The notes under the pieces are model-generated. The model searched no databases and had not been told where the DNA came from. It saw only the letters and a program-made list of their open reading frames with translations. Below, piece after piece: positions 28,090 to 38,602 of a stretch of DNA of 64,000 bases (positions within the stretch are counted from its first letter, which is position 1; each line of letters opens with the position of its first letter). This stretch comes from Patescibacteria group bacterium (GTDB lineage Bacteria; Patescibacteriota; Patescibacteriia; Magasanikbacterales; GWA2-37-8): contig JAKLGL010000001.1 in NCBI GenBank assembly GCA_022710645.1, positions 274,712 through 338,711 on the forward strand, given 5' to 3'. The position numbers were made by a program, and so were the translations under genes.

Positions 28090-29511
28090 TTATTTTAATT
28101 TTATATGGGCATCGTCCAGCGCTTTGGGAGAAACCGACGAAGGGGCGCCCATCATTAAATCCCGAGCATCGCTGGTCTTCGGAAAAGCCATCACCTCGCG
28201 AATATTTTCTTCACCTTGTAACAACATCACCAATCTGTCCAAACCCAAAGCCAAACCTCCGTGCGGAGGCGGAGAAAAAGTAAAAGCTTCCAAAATATGA
28301 CCGAAACGAGATTCTATTTCTTCTTTGGTCAAACCCAATAATTCAAAAATTTTATTTTGTAAATCACGTTCATGTATTCTCATACTACCACCACCGACTT
28401 CAAAACCGTTAAGCACTAAATCGTACGCGACGGCTCTGGCTTTGAGAGGTTCTTTTTCAAGCAAAGACAAATCTTCTTCTTGAGGACGAGTAAAAGGATG
28501 GTGCACGGCTACCAATTTTTTTTCTTCTTCACTATATTCAAACATTGGAAAGTCCACTACCCAAGCAAAAGCCAATTCATTTTTATCGGTTTTATCTTGA
28601 CGTAAATCCGGTTTGTCGGAATCATATTTATCTTTGGCTTCTTGCCAAGTCAAACGCGGAAAAGGTTTTTGCATTATCTTTTTTTCCGGATAATATTCTT
28701 CTACCAATTTTATCATGGCTTCTTCCAATAAATTCAGAATTTCTTCCTGATTTGTAAAAGACATTTCCATATCAAATTGCGTAAATTCCGGTTGTCTGTC
28801 TCCGCGCTGATCCTCATCTCTGAAACATCTGGCAATTTGAAAATAACGTTCCAATCCGGCTACCATCAAAAGCTGTTTAAATTGTTGCGGAGATTGAGGT
28901 AAAACGTAAAATTCGCCTTTGTAAATACGAGATGGCACCAAAAATTCGCGGGCTCCTTCAGGTGTTCCTTTGGTCAAATAAGGAGTTTCAATTTCAGTAA
29001 AACCTTTGGCTGAAAAATAATTTCGTAAAAATAAATTTATTTTGTGACGATTAAAAATATTTTTTTTCATTCTTTCACTACGTAGATCAAGATAGCGATA
29101 CTTCATGCGAAGCGGTTCGGAAAATTCACGCGTATCTCCACTAATTTCAAACGGCAAAGCGACAGTTTCGTTGATAACTTTGATTTCTTTGGCCAAAATT
29201 TCCACTGTTCCGGTCGGCATATCCGGATTGATTTGTTTGGCTCCGCGAGTTTGAACCACACCGCGCAATTCAACCAGATCCTCAAGACGAACTTTCTTCA
29301 ACTCTTCATTGGATTGTTCATCCAATTCAGAAGGCACTCCGACAACTTGTAAAATACCGTCTTTATCGCGCAAATCCAAGAAAGCAATCTTACCCATATT
29401 GCGTCGAGCATTAACCCATCCTTTTAACACCACTTCCTCCCCTATTTTATTTACCGTTTCGATAGAAAAAATTCTATTCATAATTATTTTATTAATGTAG
29501 ATTCGTGTCAA
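28090..29511 (-). CDS. aspS: Aspartyl-tRNA synthetase, bacterial-type core lacking the GAD insertion domain
   Basis: Class II motifs FRDEDQRGDRQPEFTQFDME and GGGSMRIH. SDKPDLR is followed directly by WVVDFPMFE with no ~130-aa GAD insert. Length is about 460 aa. Confidence 0.85.
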   Translation of the reverse strand: MTRIYINKIIMNRIFSIETVNKIGEEVVLKGWVNARRNMGKIAFLDLRDKDGILQVVGVPSELDEQSNEELKKVRLEDLVELRGVVQTRGAKQINPDMPTGTVEILAKEIKVINETVALPFEISGDTREFSEPLRMKYRYLDLRSERMKKNIFNRHKINLFLRNYFSAKGFTEIETPYLTKGTPEGAREFLVPSRIYKGEFYVLPQSPQQFKQLLMVAGLERYFQIARCFRDEDQRGDRQPEFTQFDMEMSFTNQEEILNLLEEAMIKLVEEYYPEKKIMQKPFPRLTWQEAKDKYDSDKPDLRQDKTDKNELAFAWVVDFPMFEYSEEEKKLVAVHHPFTRPQEEDLSLLEKEPLKARAVAYDLVLNGFEVGGGSMRIHERDLQNKIFELLGLTKEEIESRFGHILEAFTFSPPPHGGLALGLDRLVMLLQGEENIREVMAFPKTSDARDLMMGAPSSVSPKALDDAHIKLK

Positions 29512-29523
29512 AATTTGTGTTTT

Positions 29524-30528
29524 CTATTTTCCCATTCCAAACAATTCCGCCATTTCCACCAATCTTCCGGCATAACCGTATTCATTATCATACCAAGCAA
29601 CGATTTTTACCAAATCACCGCCGACTACGTTGGTTAATTTCAAATCCACAATAGAAGAATATGGATTACCTATAAAATCGGCCGAAACCAATTCTTCTTC
29701 GGTTGCATCAAGTACTCCGGCAAATCTTTTACTCTTGGCGGCTTTAACAAAAGCGGTATTAATTTCTTCTTTGGTAACTTTCTTTTTGAGAACAGCGGTA
29801 ATATCGGAAAGAGAGACAGTAACTACAGGTACGCGCAAAGCTACTCCGTCAAAAATACCTTTCATTGCCGGAATCGTCTCTGCTACGGCTTTGGCCGCGC
29901 CGGTTGTAGTCGGCACTATACTTTCCGCGGCTGCGCGAGCGCGACGAAGATCTTTGTGCGGACCGTCTTGAATATTTTGATCTGCAGTATATGCATGAAC
30001 CGTACTCATCATAGCTTTTTCAATACCAAATTCTTCTTCCAAAACCGCCATTACCGGAGCAATACAATTGGTAGTACAAGAAGCATTACTGATAACTTTT
30101 GCTTCCTCATTTTTTACTTCACCACAATTAACTCCGCGAACATAAGTTGGTACACCTTCACCTTTAGCCGGCGCGGAAAGCACAACTTTCTTAGCCCCCG
30201 CTTTTATATGAAGTTCAGCCCCTTCTTTTTTGGTAAAATGTCCGGTACATTCCAAAACCACATCTATTTCCATATCTTTCCAAGGTAATAAAGCCGGATC
30301 TTTTTCCGCAAATACCGGAATTTTTACTCCGTCAACGATAATATTTTTTTCATCATAACCAATTTCTTTGTTATAGGTAGGATAAGCAGTGTCGTATTTG
30401 AGTAAATGCGCCAAAGTCTTGGTATCAGTCAAATCATTTATAGCTACGATATTAAAATTTTTCCTCCCAAAACCGGCCTTGAAAGAATGACGGCCGATAC
30501 GGCCAAAGCCGTTGATTGCTATATTCAT
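29524..30528 (-). CDS. gap: Glyceraldehyde-3-phosphate dehydrogenase
   Basis: NGFGRIGR Rossmann motif. SCTTNC active site. Confidence 0.9.
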   Translation of the reverse strand: MNIAINGFGRIGRHSFKAGFGRKNFNIVAINDLTDTKTLAHLLKYDTAYPTYNKEIGYDEKNIIVDGVKIPVFAEKDPALLPWKDMEIDVVLECTGHFTKKEGAELHIKAGAKKVVLSAPAKGEGVPTYVRGVNCGEVKNEEAKVISNASCTTNCIAPVMAVLEEEFGIEKAMMSTVHAYTADQNIQDGPHKDLRRARAAAESIVPTTTGAAKAVAETIPAMKGIFDGVALRVPVVTVSLSDITAVLKKKVTKEEINTAFVKAAKSKRFAGVLDATEEELVSADFIGNPYSSIVDLKLTNVVGGDLVKIVAWYDNEYGYAGRLVEMAELFGMGK

Positions 30529-30548
30529 ACAAAATTTATAAATAATAA

Positions 30549-30866
30549 TTATTTAAGATGTAATATTACCATGATTAATAAAAAGAAAATAAAAAACATC
30601 GCAAACCAACCGATCATATAACCCAAAAAAGAAAAGGCTTCTTTCTTTTGGTTGTCCAAATACAGTTGCACCGGACGACCAAAAAATAAAATCGCCATAA
30701 TCGCCGCCGACAATACGAGCAACATCAATGCAATAACGGGCGAGAAAAAATTATCTTCTCTCCCCAAAAGAAATTCGGCATTTTGGAAAAAAGCGGCTAC
30801 GCAAAAAATATACGCGATTGCCAAAACAACATGCAAAAGCGATTGTTTAATCAATTTTTTATTCAT
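30549..30866 (-). CDS. Small membrane protein (105 aa, 3 TM), unknown
   Basis: Hydrophobic helices. Lies between gap and the methyltransferase gene. Confidence 0.4.
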   Translation of the reverse strand: MNKKLIKQSLLHVVLAIAYIFCVAAFFQNAEFLLGREDNFFSPVIALMLLVLSAAIMAILFFGRPVQLYLDNQKKEAFSFLGYMIGWFAMFFIFFLLIMVILHLK

Positions 30867-30891
30867 ATGTTTTGTGATTATTATACATTTT

Positions 30892-32076
30892 TTATGTCAC
30901 TAACGCAAATATAACTTTGAGGTATTCTCCTTCGGTATAAGCGGCTATTTCCGGATGATCTATACCATGGGTAAAAGTTTCTAAAATTTGTAATTTTCTC
31001 CCCGCCCGACCAGCTGCATTGGCTAACATTCGCCGAAAATCTGATAAGTTCAAATGAGCCGAACACGAAGCGCTAACCAATATTCCTCCAGGTGGCAGTA
31101 AACGCATTGCCGCTTCATTGATTTTACGATAACCGTTTAACCCTTCTTGAATTTTGTGACGGTCTTTGATAAAAGCCGGCGGATCAAGAATTATGACATC
31201 GAAATTTTCATCTTTTATTTCCGAACCGTTCAAATAATTTTTAACATCATCAGCAATAAACTCCGCTTTTTTAAAATCCAACTTATTTAATTTAAAATTT
31301 TCTTTTGCCAATTCTATTGCCGGAACGCTGGCGTCTACACTCACGGTTTTTGTTGCCCCCGCAGCAGCCGCATATACGCTAAATCCTCCGGTATACGAAA
31401 AACAATTTAAAACTTTTTTATTTTTGACATACTTTTGCAATGCCAATCTTTTGTCGCGTTGATCCAAGAAAAATCCGGTCTTCTGCCCGTTTATTATATC
31501 AACCCAAAATTTATAACCGTTTTCTTTAATCTCCACTTTATTGGGAACTTTACCAAAAAGCAAACCGCTTTTCTTTTCCGCACCTTCTATACCACGGACT
31601 TTAACATCAGATCTTTCATAAACTCCTTTTGGTTTTAATGTTTTTATCAAAGCGGTTAAAATTTGATCTTTCCAAAATTCAATCCCTCGATTATGAAATT
31701 GCACGGACAAATAATCGGCGTATTTATCCACTATCAAACCGGGAAGAAAATCGTTTTCACCGTAAATAAGACGACATGAATCCGTATTTTTGTCTAAAAC
31801 AAACTTATCGCGCAATCCTAACGCATTTTTTACTCGCTTATTGAAAAAATCTTGATTCACTTCTTCTTTTTCATCAAAACTCCATAAACGCACCGCGATT
31901 TGAGAATAAGAATTGAAATATCCCTGTCCCAAAAATTTACCCTGTTCATCAACCAAAGCTACCGGCATACCACAATCCAAACCTTCGGGAATTTGCTTTA
32001 TTGCTCCGGAAAAAACCCATGGATGACGAGCCAAAACCGGCCCCAAACGTTTGGTATTAATAATCAATTTAATCAT
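30892..32076 (-). CDS. PUA-domain class I SAM-dependent rRNA methyltransferase (RlmI/RlmK-like)
   Basis: N-terminal PUA-like segment (ARHPWVFSGAI). MTase motifs (LNCFSYTGGFSVYAA, ILDPPAF). Confidence 0.65.
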   Translation of the reverse strand: MIKLIINTKRLGPVLARHPWVFSGAIKQIPEGLDCGMPVALVDEQGKFLGQGYFNSYSQIAVRLWSFDEKEEVNQDFFNKRVKNALGLRDKFVLDKNTDSCRLIYGENDFLPGLIVDKYADYLSVQFHNRGIEFWKDQILTALIKTLKPKGVYERSDVKVRGIEGAEKKSGLLFGKVPNKVEIKENGYKFWVDIINGQKTGFFLDQRDKRLALQKYVKNKKVLNCFSYTGGFSVYAAAAGATKTVSVDASVPAIELAKENFKLNKLDFKKAEFIADDVKNYLNGSEIKDENFDVIILDPPAFIKDRHKIQEGLNGYRKINEAAMRLLPPGGILVSASCSAHLNLSDFRRMLANAAGRAGRKLQILETFTHGIDHPEIAAYTEGEYLKVIFALVT

Positions 32077-32170
32077 AAAAAATTATAGTTTAGGTCCCTT
32101 TATTCTAAAGCAAAAACAAAATAAAAACAACCCCGTAGAAAAACGAGGTTGTTTTTTAACTTTTTTGATT

Positions 32171-33055
32171 TTATTGACCCATCTGTTCAGCCACTTCAGC
32201 GGCAAAATCATTGGTTTTCTTAGCTAAACCTTCACCAAGTTCATATCGGACAAAAGTTTCCACTTTAATATCAGTCCCTTTGCCAGCCAAATAAGCGGTA
32301 ATACTTTTTTCTTCGTCTTTGATAAAAGGTTGTTCAAGCAAACAAACTTCGCTGTAAAATTTATCCATTTTACCTTTGAGAATGTTTTCAATGATATTTT
32401 CCGGTTTACCTTGGGCACGTAATTGCTCAGCGTAAATTTCTTTTTCTTTATTGAGAGTTTCAACATCTACCATTTCACGATTCAAAAATTTCGGATTAGC
32501 GGCGGCAGCCTGCATGGAAATATCACGAGCCAAAGCTTCATCATCGGTATTTTTAAGCATGGACAAGACGGCAATTTTTCCACCCATATGCAAATACGGA
32601 CCAAAAACATCTTTATCGCCTTTTTCTAAAATAGCAAATCTGCGAAAAGAAATTTTTTCTCCGATTTTTGCCACAGCATTACTGATAAATTCATTCAAAG
32701 TAATATTACCGATGGTTCCATTTAAAGCATCTTCCAAAGAAGACGGTTTTTTTACCAATAGAAAATCGGCAATCTCGTCAACCATCTTTTTGAAATCATC
32801 GTTTTTGGCGACAAAATCGGTTTCAGAATTAACTTCCAAGACTACTCCGATATTACCTTGAGTTTTAACGGCAACCAAACCTTCTGCGGCGATTTTATCT
32901 CCGCGTTTAGCAGCTTTCACAATACCTTTTTTACGCAATATTTCCGCGGCAGCATCCATATCTCCATTGGCTTCTTCCAAAGCTTTTTTGCAATCCATCA
33001 TACCTGCGCCGGTTTGTTCGCGTAATTTGGCTATATCATTTGCGGTTATACTCAT
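32171..33055 (-). CDS. tsf: Elongation factor Ts
   Basis: N-terminal LREQTGAGMMDCKKAL UBA-like signature. Confidence 0.9.
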   Translation of the reverse strand: MSITANDIAKLREQTGAGMMDCKKALEEANGDMDAAAEILRKKGIVKAAKRGDKIAAEGLVAVKTQGNIGVVLEVNSETDFVAKNDDFKKMVDEIADFLLVKKPSSLEDALNGTIGNITLNEFISNAVAKIGEKISFRRFAILEKGDKDVFGPYLHMGGKIAVLSMLKNTDDEALARDISMQAAAANPKFLNREMVDVETLNKEKEIYAEQLRAQGKPENIIENILKGKMDKFYSEVCLLEQPFIKDEEKSITAYLAGKGTDIKVETFVRYELGEGLAKKTNDFAAEVAEQMGQ

Positions 33056-33075
33056 AATATTAACAAATTAACTTT

Positions 33076-33858
33076 TTATAAAGATTCTTCTTTTTTAATT
33101 ATGCGACGAGGTGTTTTTTTAACAATCGCGGAAACAGGTTTTTCTTCTTTTACTTCCGCTTTTTTCTTTTCCCATTCTTTTTTACCTTCATTAACAGCTT
33201 CAGCCATTAATTCGGCGATTATTTTGATGGCGTTTATAGCATCATCATTAGCCGGTATCACATAATCGGCTTTTTCCGGGTTTACATTACTATCGCATAC
33301 TCCCACAATCTTCACACCTGTTCTTTGAGCTTCGGCAATAGCTGTTTTTTCTACACGCATATCAGCGACATAAATAGCTTCCGGCATTTTATCCAATTTT
33401 ACCAAACCGCTCAAATAAGAACCCATTTTTTCCAATTCTTTTTTAAATTCTATCTGTTCTTTTTTGGTATATTTTTCAACTTCGCCGGTTTTAACTTCTT
33501 CTTGCATTTGCAAATATTTTTTGATGCGTTTTTTCACTTCATCAAAATTAGTAAGCAAACCGCCAATCCAACGTTCTACGGTAAAAGGCATACCGCAACT
33601 TTCCGCGGCGGCTTTTACGAGATCGCGAGATTGTCTTTTGGTAGCTACAAACAAAATAAGCTTGCCGTTGGCCGCCAAACTTTTTACATATTCGTAAGCT
33701 TTTTCCAATTCTACCAAAGATTTTTCCAAATCAATGATATGCACGCCATTTCTGCTACCGAAAAGGTATGTAGCCATTTTCGGATGCCAGCGTGATTTTT
33801 GATGGCCGAAATGTGCCCCGGCCTTAAGCATTTCCAACAATGTTGGCATTTTTGACAT
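33076..33858 (-). CDS. rpsB: 30S ribosomal protein S2
   Basis: MLKAGAHFGHQ start. Canonical uS2. Sits upstream of tsf. Confidence 0.9.
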   Translation of the reverse strand: MSKMPTLLEMLKAGAHFGHQKSRWHPKMATYLFGSRNGVHIIDLEKSLVELEKAYEYVKSLAANGKLILFVATKRQSRDLVKAAAESCGMPFTVERWIGGLLTNFDEVKKRIKKYLQMQEEVKTGEVEKYTKKEQIEFKKELEKMGSYLSGLVKLDKMPEAIYVADMRVEKTAIAEAQRTGVKIVGVCDSNVNPEKADYVIPANDDAINAIKIIAELMAEAVNEGKKEWEKKKAEVKEEKPVSAIVKKTPRRIIKKEESL

Positions 33859-34061
33859 ATATTTTCCTTATTACTACCTCCTCGTCTATACCCCTTGAAT
33901 GGTCAAAGGGAGGAAAAATGGCTAATTTTAGCCAAAACGAGTGAGTGATAAAAAACAAATTTTATTTGTGGAAATACTATAACCGATTTTTTGGCTACTG
34001 TCAAGTAAAAAAACAATCAAATCAATAAACGTTCTTCAATTTTACGGTCAATACCCTACTC

Positions 34062-34090
34062 TTGACAAAAAAATACAATTCGGTTAGAAT
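34062..34090 (+). promoter_or_regulatory. Sigma70 promoter for rpmE (TTGACA-17-TAGAAT)
   Basis: TTGACA at 34062-34067, TAGAAT at 34085-34090. Confidence 0.55.
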
Positions 34091-34121
34091 AAACGCACTA
34101 ACAGTTGAAAAATAATATTTT

Positions 34122-34415
34122 ATGAAAAAAGAAATTCATCCTGAATTTTACAATGACTGCAAAGTCACTTGTGCTTGCGGCAATACCTTTGTTACCGGAG
34201 GTACAATGAAAGAAATCCGTGTGGAATTGTGCAATCAATGCCATCCTTTTTATACCGGAAAACAAAAATTCGTTGACACCGCTCGTCGCGTAGAAAAATT
34301 TCAAGAACGCTTTGAAAAGAAAGCGGCCGCCGCGACTGTTCGCAAAGGCAAAAAAGCCAAAAAAGCCGCGACTGTAGCCAAAAAGAAAGCAACCAAAACC
34401 AAAAAAGAAGCTTAG
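34122..34415 (+). CDS. rpmE: 50S ribosomal protein L31 (Zn-ribbon type A) with a Lys/Ala-rich C-terminal extension
   Basis: CxxC...CxxC (CACGN, CNQCHP). About 30 extra K/A-rich residues at the C-terminus. Confidence 0.85.
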   Translation: MKKEIHPEFYNDCKVTCACGNTFVTGGTMKEIRVELCNQCHPFYTGKQKFVDTARRVEKFQERFEKKAAAATVRKGKKAKKAATVAKKKATKTKKEA

Positions 34416-34495
34416 ATAAAATAAATTAAAAACAGACCAGGTATTTTAACCGAGTCTGTTTTTTATTTTAATTTTATAAATAATACCAAACTTTT

Positions 34496-35581
34496 ATGCT
34501 GAAAAATTTTATTGAGATTAAAGATAAGTTTTTAAAATTAGAAAACGATCTGTCCGACCCCGTTATTCTTAACGATACAAAAAAACTAAAGGAGGTTTCT
34601 CAAGAGTATAATGAATTGAAACCGGTAGCTGAAAAAATAGAAGAATTGAATAAATACGAAAAAAATTTACAATCAACCAAAGAAGTGTTGGAAAAAGAAA
34701 CCGACGAAGAGGTAAAACAAATGGCCAAAAACGAAATCCAAGAACTTGCGGAAAAAACCGAAAAACTAACTAAAGAATTGGAAGAATTAACCAGGCCGAA
34801 AGATCCGATGGATAAAAAAGATGTTATCGTGGAAATTAGAGCAGCTGCCGGCGGAGACGAATCAGCGCTTTTTGCCGCCGAGCTTTACCGTATGTACAAC
34901 AAATATTCAGAAAGCAAAGGGTGGAAAACTTCGCTTATAGATTCTAATATTATCGGAATAGGCGGATTCAAAGAGGTTATTTTTTCGGTAAAAGGACAAA
35001 ACGTATACAAGGATTTGAAATACGAAATGGGTGTTCATAGAGTACAACGGGTTCCGGAAACGGAAAAAGCCGGACGCGTTCATACTTCTACCGTCACGGT
35101 TGCGGTAATGCCGGAAATCGAGGAAACAGAATTCAAAATAGAAGCCAAAGATTTACGTATTGATACTTTCTGCGCCGGCGGACACGGGGGTCAAAGTGTG
35201 AATACCACTTATAGCGCCGTGCGTATCGTTCATGTTCCGACCAATACTATAGTTCAGTGTCAAGACGAAAGATCGCAAGCCGCCAACCGTGAAAAAGCCA
35301 TGGCGGTTTTACGTTCTCGTCTTTATGAAATAGAACGCGAAAAACAACAAAAAGAAATGTCTGATAAAAGAAAAAATCAAATCGGTTCCGGCGATCGCAG
35401 TGAGAAAATTCGCACTTACAATTTCCCGCAAGACAGAATAACCGATCATCGAATTCATCAAAGCTGGAACAATATCGGGACCATTTTGAACGGTGATTTA
35501 TCAACCATTATCGAAGCTTTACGTAAAGCGGATTATGAAGGTGTAACCGCTTCGGATTTTAACGATGAAGATGAAGAATAA
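34496..35581 (+). CDS. prfA: Peptide chain release factor 1
   Basis: GGQ motif ([10 protein letters not shown]). PxT-type recognition region. Confidence 0.9.
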   Translation: MLKNFIEIKDKFLKLENDLSDPVILNDTKKLKEVSQEYNELKPVAEKIEELNKYEKNLQSTKEVLEKETDEEVKQMAKNEIQELAEKTEKLTKELEELTRPKDPMDKKDVIVEIRAAAGGDESALFAAELYRMYNKYSESKGWKTSLIDSNIIGIGGFKEVIFSVKGQNVYKDLKYEMGVHRVQRVPETEKAGRVHTSTVTVAVMPEIEETEFKIEAKDLRIDTFCAGGHGGQSVNTTYSAVRIVHVPTNTIVQCQDERSQAANREKAMAVLRSRLYEIEREKQQKEMSDKRKNQIGSGDRSEKIRTYNFPQDRITDHRIHQSWNNIGTILNGDLSTIIEALRKADYEGVTASDFNDEDEE

Positions 35582-36458
35582 AATGTTTAAAATAAATAAT
35601 AACGAAGAGCTCCTGCTACTTTGCCAGGCCACCGGCAAGACCAAAGAATGGCTTTTGGCACATCCTGAATATAAAAATTTTTGGGCGCTTTTGAAATATA
35701 AACATTATCTGAACAAATTAAAAAAAGGAACTCCTGTCGCTTATATCTTGGGACATAAAGAATTTTTTAATTTGGATTTTTTGGTCAATAAACATACCCT
35801 CATCCCCCGCCCAGACACGGAAATACTCGTTGATATGACCATCAACGAAATTTACAATTTCCTCCGCCTAGGCGGACCAATTTCCAATTCATTACTAATA
35901 GACATTGGTACAGGAACAGGGTGTATACCTATTACAATATTACAAAAATTACAAGATTGTAAAATGAACACAAGTGCCATAGATATTTCTAAAGGAGCTT
36001 TAAAAATTGCAAAAAAGAATGCCAAAAAATATAATGTTGATATTAAATTTATTCAAGGTAACCTTTTAACACCCGTTGTTAAATCTCTGCAATTTCTGCA
36101 ATCTTTGAAATCTCTTCAATTCATTGTAATCACCGCCAATTTGCCGTATTTGAAAGAAGAATGGTGGAAAAAAGAACCTTCAATTCAAAAAGAACCAAAA
36201 TTGGCTTTAGTATCTGATAATGAAACAGGTTTAAATATTTACGAACAACTCTTAATACAAATCGTCATTCTAAAATCTAAAACCTTGCCTACCGGCAGGC
36301 AGGTCAAAAATCAAAAATTGTTAATCTTACTCGAAATCGATCCTCGCCAAAGCACGCAAATTTTTCCTTTAATACAAAAATACCTGCCGTCGGCAAGTAT
36401 TGAAATCATCAAAGATTTATCGGGTTTTGATCGAGTTGTTAAAATCAATTTATTGTAA
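35565..36458 (+). CDS. prmC: Release-factor glutamine N5-methyltransferase (HemK/PrmC); NPPY degenerated to NLPY; contains repeat-derived in-frame insertions
   Basis: Overlaps prfA by 17 nt. GTGTGCI SAM motif. ANLPY motif. Extra tandem-repeat and palindrome-derived segments at 36080-36125 and 36264-36304. Confidence 0.7.
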   Translation: MKMKNKMFKINNNEELLLLCQATGKTKEWLLAHPEYKNFWALLKYKHYLNKLKKGTPVAYILGHKEFFNLDFLVNKHTLIPRPDTEILVDMTINEIYNFLRLGGPISNSLLIDIGTGTGCIPITILQKLQDCKMNTSAIDISKGALKIAKKNAKKYNVDIKFIQGNLLTPVVKSLQFLQSLKSLQFIVITANLPYLKEEWWKKEPSIQKEPKLALVSDNETGLNIYEQLLIQIVILKSKTLPTGRQVKNQKLLILLEIDPRQSTQIFPLIQKYLPSASIEIIKDLSGFDRVVKINLL

Positions 36459-37476
36459 TTTCTTTTTCCGTAGGTACGGACATAAACCAAATTTTACCCG
36501 GTGGCACGGATAATTCCGCGCCGAAATCATCATAAAAACGAGTACGAAATTCGGCTTTACTTTTTCGCCATTGACCCTTTATCATCCTTCCGCCGGATAA
36601 AATATAAGCATCGCCGGAGCCGATGTTATAAATAGACAAACGGCCAACTTCATCCAAAACTTTTGTCTTATTTTTTACAATAATAATAGTTTGCGCAAAA
36701 ATAGGATCATTTTTATCATCCAAAAATTTTTCTCCGCGAAAATATCTTTCGTAATTTTTTTTCAAATAATTATATTTCCAGCCGACTTTAAAATTACCCG
36801 AATAAGCCACTTCGATTTCAACAGCCGGTGTAGTTGAATTGTTTTGCCCGAAAGTAAAAGATTGCCAAAAAGATTCTTTTCCATATTTTTCCCAAGCCGA
36901 TTGCCATAAAGAACTCGATGTATATAAATTATGCGGAGCCAGACGAGTAGAATCGCGCCAAAAATAAGAACCGTTATAAAATTCATTAAAATCGATAAGT
37001 CCGCGTTCGGTTTTGAGACGGGACAAAGCATCCGGAGAACCGCCGCAATGCATATACAAAGGAATACCGTATTCTTGCGCCCAGTCTAAATAATCAGGCC
37101 GTGCGCTTCTGACAGGTCCGACTTTATTCGCAGTTTGATTTTGAGCAAATATAGCCATGAACCTGGTCATATTTCCTTCAACAGGCGCTTCATAAATCAC
37201 TTTAGCTTCATTAAGACCGCTTATGGGAAAAGCTTCAGGGTGGTTATCTATCATAATAGCCAAAGGGACGGGATTGGAATCTTCAAAATTGTCCGTACCT
37301 ATTCCTGTTAACTTATCTATATAAGCCGGTTTTTTTTCAGCCGATTTTTCCTCGGTTTTTTCTGACGAAAACCAAGTGGTACTATCGGAACCGAATTGCC
37401 AAAACAAAAAACCGACCAAACATAAACTGGTAAAGATAAAGACTAAATCCAAAATTTTGTAAGTTCTTTTTTGCAT
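36445..37476 (-). CDS. DUF3048 (YerB-like) domain protein with N-terminal membrane anchor
   Basis: PLAIMIDNHPEA...ISGLNEAKVIYEAPVEG signature of DUF3048. Confidence 0.55.
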   Translation of the reverse strand: MQKRTYKILDLVFIFTSLCLVGFLFWQFGSDSTTWFSSEKTEEKSAEKKPAYIDKLTGIGTDNFEDSNPVPLAIMIDNHPEAFPISGLNEAKVIYEAPVEGNMTRFMAIFAQNQTANKVGPVRSARPDYLDWAQEYGIPLYMHCGGSPDALSRLKTERGLIDFNEFYNGSYFWRDSTRLAPHNLYTSSSLWQSAWEKYGKESFWQSFTFGQNNSTTPAVEIEVAYSGNFKVGWKYNYLKKNYERYFRGEKFLDDKNDPIFAQTIIIVKNKTKVLDEVGRLSIYNIGSGDAYILSGGRMIKGQWRKSKAEFRTRFYDDFGAELSVPPGKIWFMSVPTEKEITIN

Positions 37477-37538
37477 ACCACCCTATTATATCACAAAACC
37501 CGTCCACTTGCGCGGAACGGGTTTTGAAAATAAGCAAA

Positions 37539-38204
37539 TTATTTTTTCTCTTCTCCGGCTTCTCCTTCTTCAGCTTCTTCTTTCTTCTTGCCGGCTGTTT
37601 CAATTTTACTCAAATCTACAGGCTCGGAAGTAGATTCCATAGCTTTGATTTGTTCTTCAGTTAACGGAGCCAACACTTTGGCCAAAATCTGATCACCATG
37701 AGATTCCGTAATTTTTACACCCTGCGGCAATTTCAAATCGGAAACTTTAACGGCATCATCAAAAGTTTTCAAAGAAGCTAAATCGATATCCAAATGAGAA
37801 ATCAAATCTTTCGGTAAACATTCGATTTCAATTTCTTCAACATTACGAACTAAAGTGCCACCCAATTCTTTAACAGCCGGGGCTTCTCCAACAAACACTA
37901 ATTTTACAGTGGCTGTAATAGCCTTATTCATGTCTACTTTTTTCAAATCAGCATGAATAATTTTACCTTTGACAGGTTCGACATCCACTTGATAAATCAA
38001 AACTTTACCAAAATCTTTATTGTCCAAAACCAAATCAATCAAGCTGGCTTCGCCGGCTTCATTATAAATTTTTTCAAATTCTTTCAAAGAAAGAGAAATA
38101 GATTCGGTCGGAGAACCTGCGCCATAAACAACGGCCGGGATTTTTCCTTCCGCTCTTACTTTGGTGCTTTTTTGTTCTCTCTTTTCAGCGTTAAGTTTAA
38201 ACAT
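37539..38204 (-). CDS. rplY: 50S ribosomal protein L25/general stress protein Ctc (bL25) with acidic C-terminal tail
   Basis: MFKLNAEKRE...GKIPAVVYG N-terminus. E/K-rich C-terminal extension. Confidence 0.8.
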   Translation of the reverse strand: MFKLNAEKREQKSTKVRAEGKIPAVVYGAGSPTESISLSLKEFEKIYNEAGEASLIDLVLDNKDFGKVLIYQVDVEPVKGKIIHADLKKVDMNKAITATVKLVFVGEAPAVKELGGTLVRNVEEIEIECLPKDLISHLDIDLASLKTFDDAVKVSDLKLPQGVKITESHGDQILAKVLAPLTEEQIKAMESTSEPVDLSKIETAGKKKEEAEEGEAGEEKK

Positions 38205-38222
38205 AACTTCGTTATTTAAAAT

Positions 38223-38555
38223 TTAAATTATTATTTTATTATTTTGAATGTCATTATGATATCCAATCACTTCATCTAAAGTTATTTCCGGCAACGTAAT
38301 TTTGTTTTTCGCATCTTCAAAATCCAAATCCGAAACCAAACCGATAGTGCTCAAACCATGATTCATAGACATAACCATGGCGATGAAATTTCCTTGACAA
38401 TTTTCGCAAGCAAAATGAATCATTTGCGCTTTTTCTTTTTGCGCGAACAATCTGGCTTTTTGCGTATTGTAAACAGACCCGCATACCGGACAACGGCTGA
38501 TAACATTTAAAACATCTTTCCAAGAATGCGAATGATCTTTTTTGGGACCCATCAT
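38223..38555 (-). CDS. Small zinc-ribbon protein (CPVCG...CENCQG), unknown
   Basis: Two Cys pairs. No family recognised. Confidence 0.4.
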   Translation of the reverse strand: MMGPKKDHSHSWKDVLNVISRCPVCGSVYNTQKARLFAQKEKAQMIHFACENCQGNFIAMVMSMNHGLSTIGLVSDLDFEDAKNKITLPEITLDEVIGYHNDIQNNKIII

Positions 38556-38602
38556 AAAGTAGCGTTATACTAACGAAAAAACCGCTTTTTGTCAAGATTA
38601 AC

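Noticed and set aside
36080-36125. Possible CRISPR-like short direct repeats (TCTGCAAT ...)
   Set aside because: There are only three tandem 12-15-nt units, no spacers, inside prmC and in-frame. I treated this as coding tandem duplication.
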